In this document: in pieces, positions 1 through 6,434 of the stretch
Layout of the letters: each line of letters opens with the position of its first letter
How positions within the stretch are numbered: the stretch's first letter is position 1
DNA from: Candidatus Magasanikbacteria bacterium CG11_big_fil_rev_8_21_14_0_20_39_34
GTDB lineage: Bacteria; Patescibacteriota; Patescibacteriia; Magasanikbacterales; UBA922
DNA length: 64,000 nt
Direction of reading: 5' to 3'
Assembly: GCA_002787355.1 (NCBI GenBank)
Contig: PCWN01000008.1
Coordinates: forward strand, 69,873-133,872
Position numbers and translations under genes: made by a program
Notes under the pieces: generated by a model
What the model was told of the DNA's origin: nothing
The model's input: only the letters and a program-made list of their open reading frames with translations
Databases searched by the model: none

Positions 1-379
1 CCAAAATACAGATACAACATCATCTTGAATCTGCGCAGTGGTTTATACAAATACGGATGCACCGGAAGTTGCAAAAATCCAAGATAAAAAGTAAAAAGAA
101 TAAAAACAAAAAATGCAATAAGAACATAACGAAAAATATCTTTATCAAGAACACTCAACAGAGCCCCTGTGCTTAAAAATGAACAAAAAACAATTAAAAA
201 TTCTTCCAAGTGAAATTTTTCAAAAAAGAAAATGTGAAAACTTAAAAGCAGTAAGGCAAAAATAATAAGGAGAAGCACACTTAACCACCAAATGGGGAAA
301 AAACAAAAGAGAAGGAGCGCACCTCCTGCGGTACATGAAACCAATAGAGAAAGCCATTTAGAAAAAAGATTCATAACAT

Positions 380-754
380 TTAGAGATTGATAAGTCTATC
401 AAGAATTTCCTGAATTTGAGATGCTTGAACTTCTTGACCGGATTTTTGCAACTGCACCAATTTTTGCAAAGCAAAAAATGCATTTAAATGATTTTCTTTA
501 TATTGATACGGAACAACCATCTGCAAAAAGTTACTCATGAATGGTTCTGGAAATTTTTTGCTAAGATCTGCACTTTGCAATGAACTTTGAAGTTTGTGCA
601 AATCTAACTTATACGCATCTGTAATTTCTTGTGGAGAAACCTGTATCTTTTTGTGAGAAGTATTTTTTATCAGAAAAAAACCACCGAAAAAAAGAAAAAT
701 GATAAATACTATACTGGCAAAAAGGATAATTTGATTTTTTGCTAAATGTTGCAT
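380..754 (-). CDS. hypothetical protein with N-terminal transmembrane anchor
   Basis: 124-aa ORF with a hydrophobic N-terminal segment (IILFASIVFIIFLFFGGFFLI). Divergent from smpB. No recognisable domain. Confidence 0.4.
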   Translation of the reverse strand: MQHLAKNQIILFASIVFIIFLFFGGFFLIKNTSHKKIQVSPQEITDAYKLDLHKLQSSLQSADLSKKFPEPFMSNFLQMVVPYQYKENHLNAFFALQKLVQLQKSGQEVQASQIQEILDRLINL

Positions 755-860
755 AAATATTGAAAAAAAACTGATTCTAGTATATAGTATTTATACTTTT
801 TTGTAAAAAAAGCCTTGGACCCAAAAAGTCCTCATCCACCCTATTATACACCATATTGCT

Positions 861-1313
861 ATGCCTACATACGCCGTGAATAAAAAAGCACGATTTGACT
901 ATGAAATTCAGGAGAAACTTGAGGCTGGTTTAATGCTCCTTGGATCTGAGGCAAAGGCAGTCCGAACAGGAAATGTGAAACTTTCCGGAAGTTATGTCAC
1001 CTTCCATAAAAATGAACCTATGATAACCGGGCTCCATATTCCCAAATACAAATACAGTGGCCATCTCAAAGAATATGATCCAGAAAGAAGCCGAAAGCTC
1101 CTTTTGTCCCAGAAACAAATTGCCTATATTCAGGGAAAATCGCAGGAAAAAGGCTTGACAATCATACCCCTTTCCATATATACTAAAGGTCGCTATATCA
1201 AGGTAGAAATTGGTGTTTGCCGTGGAAAGAAAACCCATGATAAACGCAGGGTTATCAAAAAACGTGAGCTTGACCGAGAAACCCGAAGAGCTATTAAGGG
1301 AGACTACCGATAG
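861..1313 (+). CDS. smpB: SsrA-binding protein SmpB
   Basis: 150-aa protein with typical SmpB motifs (KKARFDYEI, GSEAKAVRTG, basic C-terminal tail). The tmRNA gene lies immediately downstream. Confidence 0.9.
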   Translation: MPTYAVNKKARFDYEIQEKLEAGLMLLGSEAKAVRTGNVKLSGSYVTFHKNEPMITGLHIPKYKYSGHLKEYDPERSRKLLLSQKQIAYIQGKSQEKGLTIIPLSIYTKGRYIKVEIGVCRGKKTHDKRRVIKKRELDRETRRAIKGDYR

Positions 1314-1379
1314 CCTCAGTATCCAAACTTCATATTACAAACAAGTAGTTTGAGGTTTGTCTATTGAAATTTTTGCAAA

Positions 1380-1775
1380 GGGGATGACAGGACTCGATAG
1401 ACGGACCAAGTTGCTTATATGTGCATATCAAGGTGCTCCACTTGTAAAACAGGGCACATTCTACGTGCAAACGTAACTAGTCGAGTGAAGAATGCACTTG
1501 CTCGCGCATTTGCTTTCGGAACACTCGCACCTGTTGTAGCGTAATACACGCCGCAACCATCACCTCCGTGATACTCAATAGCGGTCAGGTGGTGTCAACC
1601 TTATTGAGTGTAGGATTGTATTCGTAGTCAGTTGATGCAGTCTGAAAGTATAATTACTGGCAACCTTTTACCTTTTTGCCGTTTTTGGAGGTAGAAGGAT
1701 AACAAAACGGCTACGTATGTAGAACATATTTGTAACCCGATCTAGACCCGGGTTCAAATCCCGGCATCTCCACCA
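1380..1775 (+). ncRNA. ssrA: tmRNA (transfer-messenger RNA)
   Basis: The 5' GGGGATGACAGGACTCGATAGACGG resembles the canonical tmRNA 5' end. The 3' end is tRNA-like with T-arm GGGTTCAAATCCCGG and acceptor ...GCATCTCCACCA pairing with the 5' GGGGATG. An internal Ala-rich reading frame (…ALARAFAFGTLAPVVA) ends at TAA 1542-1544. It sits directly after smpB. Confidence 0.8.
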
Positions 1776-1846
1776 ATTAATCCTAGACCCAAAACCCAAA
1801 CTCTGATTTGTTTGGATTTATGGTTTATGATTTATAATTTTTACAC

Positions 1847-2395
1847 ATGAGAATCTCTCGAAAAAAGAAAAGCATTCAGCCCCTTATCCCCCATTTTAGG
1901 ATCAATGATAAAATCCGTGCTGAGGAAGTTCGAGTTCTCTCCGATCAAGGAGACAATCTTGGTGTTTTTTCTATTACCGAGGCACTCCGAATGGCAGAAG
2001 AACAAGGTATTGATCTCGTAGAAATTAACCCAAAAGCAGATCCACCAATTGTAAAAATTGTAGATTTTAGCCACTTCAAATACCAAAAAGAAAAAGAAGC
2101 CCGAAAACAAAAGGCCAATACCCACGTGACCGATATTAAAGGCATCCGTCTTTCTATCCGCATCGGTGTTGGAGACCTTACCATACGCCAGAAACAGACC
2201 GAAAAGTTCCTCAAACGTGGGGATAAAGTAAAAGTAGAGGTTATTTTGCGGGGTCGTGAAAAAGGAAATGCAGCACTGGCTTTTGATGTAATTCGGAAGT
2301 TTTTTGCCTTAATTGAGGAAAATACTAACATTAAATTCGAGCAAGAGCCTACCAAACAAGGGAACAAAGTAACAGCTATTATCATCAACAAGTAA
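1847..2395 (+). CDS. infC: translation initiation factor IF-3
   Basis: Conserved IF-3 sequence (INDKIRAEEVRVLSDQGDNLGV…, IDLVEI, PPIVKIVDF…KYQKEK, C-terminal domain). The true start may be a non-AUG codon (ATT/ATC), as usual for infC, so the 5' end is uncertain. First gene of the infC-rpmI-rplT operon. Confidence 0.9.
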   Translation: MRISRKKKSIQPLIPHFRINDKIRAEEVRVLSDQGDNLGVFSITEALRMAEEQGIDLVEINPKADPPIVKIVDFSHFKYQKEKEARKQKANTHVTDIKGIRLSIRIGVGDLTIRQKQTEKFLKRGDKVKVEVILRGREKGNAALAFDVIRKFFALIEENTNIKFEQEPTKQGNKVTAIIINK

Positions 2396-2456
2396 GCTTG
2401 ACAAAGAAACTAAAAACCTCTATAATGAGGGCCAATCTGATATTTATCACAATCTT

Positions 2457-2675
2457 ATGCCAAAAATGAAAACACGAAAATCAGTATCGGGAAGACTGAA
2501 GCTTAAAATAAAGCGAAAAAACGGGAAAAAAACCGTAAGCATTATTAAAAAGCAAGATGGTCAGGATCACTTCAATGCACGTGAATCTGGTAAAGTGAGA
2601 CGCAACAAACGAACAGACAACACCATGTCTGACGCTCACAAGAAAACCATTATGCGTTCCATGCCCTACGCATAG
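2457..2675 (+). CDS. rpmI: 50S ribosomal protein L35
   Basis: 72-aa highly basic protein starting MPKMKTRK, typical of L35. Lies between infC and rplT. Confidence 0.85.
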   Translation: MPKMKTRKSVSGRLKLKIKRKNGKKTVSIIKKQDGQDHFNARESGKVRRNKRTDNTMSDAHKKTIMRSMPYA

Positions 2676-2734
2676 ATCGTATCCCAATATTTACACTATT
2701 TAGGAAACATAATTTACGACTTAGGATTAACAGT

Positions 2735-3079
2735 ATGCCTCGAGTAAAACGTGGAAAATCACATTTGAAAAAAAGAAAAAACCTACTCAAAAGAGTAAAA
2801 GGTTTCTTGTTGGGACGAAAAAGTCTCATCAAACTTGCAAAGACTGCTGATACAAAAGCAGGAGCATATGCTTACCGTGACAGACGTAACAAAAAAAGAG
2901 AAATGCGTCGTCTCTGGCAGATTAAAATCAATGCTGCTGTACGCGGACTTGGTACAACTTACAGCCAGTTCATGGGAAGCCTCGGAAAAAAGAACATCGC
3001 TTTGGACCGCAAAGTTCTCTCTGAACTTGCTGCCAACCAGCCACAAATCTTCGAAAAAATTGTTGAACAGGCCAAATAA
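2735..3079 (+). CDS. rplT: 50S ribosomal protein L20
   Basis: MPRVKRG…KRVKGF…YAYRDRRNKKR…RRLWQIKINAA is a canonical L20 sequence. Confidence 0.9.
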   Translation: MPRVKRGKSHLKKRKNLLKRVKGFLLGRKSLIKLAKTADTKAGAYAYRDRRNKKREMRRLWQIKINAAVRGLGTTYSQFMGSLGKKNIALDRKVLSELAANQPQIFEKIVEQAK

Positions 3080-3182
3080 AAGTACAACTGTTTGGGTGTA
3101 CTAAGTTATCCACACAATTAGGTTGACACTCAATTGTGAACTATAGTACCATACAGTTAAGAAGTACCAATCTTGGGCCTTT

Positions 3183-3260
3183 AAAGCGTTTGATGACAAG
3201 GTGAGGCACCCCCTCCTTTGCCTCAATACCTTTCATCAAACGCTTTGAGGGTCCTTTTGT
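3183..3260 (+). terminator. long imperfect stem-loop with nested hairpin and T-run after rplT, probably the operon terminator
   Basis: AAAGCGTTTGATGA (3183-3196) pairs with TCATCAAACGCTTT (3233-3246). An inner TGAGGCA/TGCCTCA hairpin sits inside, followed by TTTTGTTTTT. Confidence 0.4.
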
Positions 3261-3343
3261 TTTTCAGGATTTCAAAATAAGATATTGACAATTTGTAGAA
3301 ACTCATATAAAATAGCCGCACATAACTTTTGAGAAATACACGT

Positions 3344-3469
3344 ATGGGAATGCGTAAAAAAAACAACCAAAAGATGAAGATCGAGCGCGCAGCCGCAAAG
3401 ATCAGACGAGACAAGAAAAAGCAGAAAAGGCTTAAAAAGCAAGAAGCTGCTTCAACAGGAAAAAAATAA
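3344..3469 (+). CDS. candidate small highly basic protein (41 aa)
   Basis: ATG 3344 to TAA 3467-3469 encodes MGMRKKNNQKMKIERAAAKIRRDKKKQKRLKKQEAASTGKK. It is below the ORF-track length cutoff. It is followed directly by a strong intrinsic terminator, which suggests a real transcription unit. Confidence 0.3.
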   Translation: MGMRKKNNQKMKIERAAAKIRRDKKKQKRLKKQEAASTGKK

Positions 3470-3473
3470 GCGT

Positions 3474-3517
3474 GTGTGGAGGAGAATATCCCCTCCACAC
3501 CCTTGCTTTTCTTCTTG
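3474..3517 (+). terminator. rho-independent terminator
   Basis: A 9-bp GC-rich stem GTGTGGAGG / CCTCCACAC with a 9-nt loop, followed by CCTTGCTTTTCTTCTTG. Confidence 0.55.
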
Positions 3518-3563
3518 AAAATTGGTATACTGTCTCCACAGAAAAAAGATATACCTATCAAAC

Positions 3564-3637
3564 GGATCGGTAGTTCAACTGGTTAGAGCACCGCCCTGTC
3601 ACGGCGGAAGTTGCGGGTTCGAGTCCCGTCCGATCCG
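3564..3637 (+). tRNA. tRNA-Asp (anticodon GTC)
   Basis: Cloverleaf with acceptor GGATCGG/CCGATCC and discriminator G. The anticodon stem CCGCC/GGCGG carries the loop CTGTCAC (GTC). The T-arm is GGGTTCGAGTCCC. Near-identical in layout to bacterial tRNA-Asp. CCA is not encoded. Confidence 0.9.
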
Positions 3638-3707
3638 CTCCAAAAACATCGTTTTACCTCACGATGTTTTTTGTTACCATACCCATACATACAATATAAT
3701 AACCCAT

Positions 3708-4204
3708 ATGACATTTGAAAAAAAACACAGGCGAGCCCTTGAGCTGATACAAAAAAATATAAAAGAAGAAGCAAACAAGAATAAGCCTCTCCTGCCTCAT
3801 CTTCTGCGAGTTGGAAAATATCTTTATGATAATAGGTATTCAGAGACGATTGTAAATGCAGGATTACTCCATGACGTATTGGAGTGGACCAACAACCCAA
3901 AGGAAGTGATTGTAAATATATTTGGTCAGGAAGTGTTTGATATTGTTATATTGTTCTTGCAAATACAAAGGATAGAAGCATTACAGATGTACACAAAAGG
4001 AGACAGGACTATGTGGATCGTTGTGTTGCCGTTGGGAAAAATGCTCTTATAGTAAAATCGGCTGATACCCTTGATAGTTTTTATTACTATAAAGAAGCTC
4101 AAAATGAAATAGAAATGGAAAGAAGTAGGCATATTGCCCGCCTTATTTTGCAACATGTAGATGTAAGTACCGATCCAATTTTTGAAAAGCTAAAACAAAT
4201 ATAA
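3708..4204 (+). pseudogene. HD-domain (RelA/SpoT-hydrolase-like) protein interrupted by a +2 frameshift near 4000-4015
   Basis: Frame A (3708..4052) encodes …HLLRVG…AGLLHDVLEWTNNPKEVIVNIFGQEVFDIV, matching the HD motif and the following helix of ppGpp hydrolases. That frame then ends in a short nonsense tail. The motif continuation (…DYVDRCVAVGKNALIVKSADTLDSFYY, cf. IKLADRLHNMRTL) is in another frame (ORF 4013..4204). A terminator follows at 4212-4243. Confidence 0.55.
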
Positions 4205-4211
4205 ATAAAAA

Positions 4212-4243
4212 AATCGCATTAAATGCGATTACCCCCTTTTTTT
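4212..4243 (+). terminator. rho-independent terminator
   Basis: AATCGCAT / ATGCGATT 8-bp stem with a 3-nt loop, followed by ACCCCCTTTTTTT. Confidence 0.6.
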
Positions 4244-4382
4244 GAACTTTCCCGTCCGTCTTATTCTCCTACATATCTTATCAATTGTCCCTCCAAAATT
4301 CTCAAGACATGGAGAGTGAGATCGGGTGACGATCTCGACGGGCGGGTGCCGAATGGCAAGAGGGAGGAAGAACAGATGATGA

Positions 4383-4478
4383 TCAGTGGAAGAACGCTCC
4401 GCACAGGAGCGCGCCGACGATCAGTGCCTCGATGACGAGCAGGGAGTACCCTGCAACCTTTGCCTTGTCAATCTTCAT
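4383..4478 (-). CDS. candidate 31-aa hydrophobic peptide inside a GC-rich patch
   Basis: Minus-strand ATG (4478) to TGA (4383) encodes MKIDKAKVAGYSLLVIEALIVGALLCGAFFH. A GAGGGA Shine-Dalgarno sits 5 nt upstream. It is embedded in a roughly 170-bp segment (about 4310-4480) that is visibly far more GC-rich than its flanks. Confidence 0.25.
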   Translation of the reverse strand: MKIDKAKVAGYSLLVIEALIVGALLCGAFFH

Positions 4479-4667
4479 CAGATCCCTCGTATAAAAAGGT
4501 GAAAAAACTACCACGGCATTCACATTCTAAGAGAAAATTCTTTTTTCGTCAATATGGAGTTGTGTATAATTTTTCCCCTTGACAGATATGTCGTTTGATA
4601 TAAAATAAACACACCATTGTATTCAAAAGGAGTAGCTTACTCAAAGCTCCCAATAGCGCTATTTTCT

Positions 4668-5300
4668 ATGAAAAAAACCCTCCTTTTTCTGTTCTCGCTT
4701 ATTCTTTTAACCGGATGTCAAATGAATACTTCATCTCAAAAACCAGAAGAACCCATCATTCCAAGTAAACCAGCAGAAACACCACAAACCGTAGAAGTAG
4801 ATGATTTGCGTGGTCTCTACTCTGGTGCAATTCTACAAACCAACTATGGAAATATAGAAGTGGCATTCTACAGTGAAGAGTCCCCTATGACCGTAAATAA
4901 CTTTCTTACCCTTGCAAGTAAAGGGTTTTATGATGGAACCAGGTTACACAGAGTTATTAAAGACTTTATGATCCAAGGAGGAGATCCACTGTCAAAGGAT
5001 GACGACCGAGATAATGATGGTACCGGTGGTCCAAGCTATACCTTTAAAGATGAAATAAATGATCACAAACTGGTAGCCGGAAGCCTCGCAATGGCAAATC
5101 GTGGACCCAATACCAATGGTTCTCAGTTTTTTATTGTCACCGCTACCTCTACACCTTGGCTGGACGGAAAACATACCAACTTTGGCTACGTCACAAAAGG
5201 GATGGATGTGGTAAAAAAGATAGAGGAAACCAAAACCGATCTTATGGATAGACCAGAAAAGTCGGTCATCCTAGAAAAAGTTATTCTCAAAGAAAAATAA
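4668..5300 (+). CDS. cyclophilin-type peptidyl-prolyl cis-trans isomerase, probable lipoprotein
   Basis: Lipoprotein-like signal MKKTLLFLFSLILLTGC. The cyclophilin core is present (GFYDGTRLHRVIKDFMIQGGDP…GSLAMANRGPNTNGSQFFIV…WLDGKHTNFG). The ORF-track start at 4617 is probably an upstream in-frame extension. Confidence 0.85.
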   Translation: MKKTLLFLFSLILLTGCQMNTSSQKPEEPIIPSKPAETPQTVEVDDLRGLYSGAILQTNYGNIEVAFYSEESPMTVNNFLTLASKGFYDGTRLHRVIKDFMIQGGDPLSKDDDRDNDGTGGPSYTFKDEINDHKLVAGSLAMANRGPNTNGSQFFIVTATSTPWLDGKHTNFGYVTKGMDVVKKIEETKTDLMDRPEKSVILEKVILKEK

Positions 5301-5316
5301 AGAAAACAAATAAAAA

Positions 5317-5346
5317 AGCTCCCTCAACAAGAGGGAGCTTTTTTAT
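5317..5346. terminator. bidirectional rho-independent terminator between the convergent PPIase and the 5355..5816 gene
   Basis: AGCTCCCTC aacaa GAGGGAGCT with an A-run upstream and a T-run downstream. Confidence 0.7.
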
Positions 5347-5354
5347 TTGAAAAT

Positions 5355-5816
5355 TTAGAGTGAAAAATATCCCAATTTTTCCTTTAAATCACGCAATCGT
5401 GCATAAAATCCGGAAGTATGCACGGAATTGAGTCGAAGTCGTTTGTGATCATAGTGGTGCATCCATTCATGCAAAACAGTATCTAAAAACGTCTTGGCCG
5501 CAAGTATCTGCCCTCGTACCGCTGTTCTATTATGTATAAAAATAGCATTTGAAGATACCCGGTAATAGCCATATTGCTTGAATACCACCTTCCCTTTGCT
5601 TTTTTTATGGTACTGATTCTTCTCAGAAATTTTTAAATGAGCTACATCAATTTGCGCTAAATCACATAACTCATCCAAAAGCTGCTCCCCTATTTGCATC
5701 CTATCTTCCTCTGATTTGGCCTTTGAGAGTGCAAAAAATAGACTCCGTGCGGGGAGTGAAACCCTAAAATGGATCTCCTCTATACTTTTACTTTTCTGAT
5801 AGTTTGACTGAAACAT
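5355..5816 (-). CDS. putative HExxH metal-dependent hydrolase (DUF45/YgjP/SprT-like motif)
   Basis: 153-aa ORF containing LHEWMHHYDH followed by …NSVHTSGFYARL, reminiscent of HExxH…NHS..FW metallohydrolases. The family assignment is tentative. Confidence 0.4.
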   Translation of the reverse strand: MFQSNYQKSKSIEEIHFRVSLPARSLFFALSKAKSEEDRMQIGEQLLDELCDLAQIDVAHLKISEKNQYHKKSKGKVVFKQYGYYRVSSNAIFIHNRTAVRGQILAAKTFLDTVLHEWMHHYDHKRLRLNSVHTSGFYARLRDLKEKLGYFSL

Positions 5817-5823
5817 ATTGAGA

Positions 5824-5851
5824 AAAAATCCCGACCAAGTCGGGATTTTTT
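5824..5851. terminator. rho-independent terminator downstream of the minus-strand gene at 5873..6244
   Basis: ATCCCGAC caagt GTCGGGAT flanked by an A-run and a T-run. Confidence 0.6.
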
Positions 5852-5872
5852 ATATCATCTAGGAAAAAAACT

Positions 5873-6244
5873 TTACCGCTTCGAAGACTTTGACTTTGTT
5901 TTTTTTGTAGGTGCCTTTTTCTTTTCTTTCCTTTTTGCAACCTTCTCACCTAACTTTTCTGACAACCTCCCCACAATAAAACGCTCCACAAAGCCAGCCA
6001 TGGTTTTACTCACAAAACCCATGTTGGTAGAAACGGAATCAATTTTATTGCGCATGAACTGCACAGCTTCATTGATCAGTTCAAGTTTTTCTGCAACAAC
6101 TTCTATAACCTTATTTGCATTACGCAACACACGCGCCGCTTGATACAAAAGCCAACACAGAAAAATAGTAAGCCAAACAATACATATGGCCAAAATCATG
6201 TATAAAAGGTCTTGATAGCCATCAAAAGGCATATATTCCCCCAT
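5873..6244 (-). CDS. hypothetical membrane protein with Lys-rich C-terminal tail
   Basis: N-terminal TM helix (LLYMILAICIVWLTIFLCWLL), a coiled-coil-like middle and a C-terminal KRKEKKKAPTKKTKSKSSKR tail. The start was chosen at MGEYMPF (CAT 6242-6244). A start at 6232 is also possible. The ORF-track N-terminal extension to 6382 is unlikely to be translated. Confidence 0.5.
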   Translation of the reverse strand: MGEYMPFDGYQDLLYMILAICIVWLTIFLCWLLYQAARVLRNANKVIEVVAEKLELINEAVQFMRNKIDSVSTNMGFVSKTMAGFVERFIVGRLSEKLGEKVAKRKEKKKAPTKKTKSKSSKR

Positions 6245-6385
6245 TCTCACCCGACCAGGTGCCCACGAGTAAGAGTAATAATTAGACAGGCATACCCTTA
6301 GTATAGCACAATTTTTAAAAAAAATCATGAAAAAAGAGAAGTCAATACAAAAATATGTGGATAAAATAAAATTTGAGTGCAAATA

Positions 6386-6420
6386 TAAAAAAATTCCGAA
6401 GGTATTTCGGAATTTTTTTT
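6386..6420. terminator. strong rho-independent terminator ending the minus-strand rseP-pheS-pheT operon
   Basis: AATTCCGAA ggtat TTCGGAATT followed by 8 T. On the minus strand the hairpin is also followed by a T-run. Confidence 0.7.
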
Positions 6421-6434
6421 GATAAAGTGTATTC

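Noticed and set aside
144-374. Possible 76-aa hydrophobic minus-strand ORF (MNLFSKWLSLLVSCTAGG…) that I translated by hand at the window start
   Set aside because: It does not appear in the supplied six-frame ORF track although it exceeds the 60-aa cutoff, so I probably mis-read a homopolymer run. Not reported as a feature.
4223-4435. Plus-strand 70-aa ORF spanning the AT-rich to GC-rich junction
   Set aside because: It begins inside the terminator of the HD gene and runs into the GC patch. It has no SD, arbitrary composition and a biased Arg/Gly composition typical of out-of-frame GC-rich DNA.
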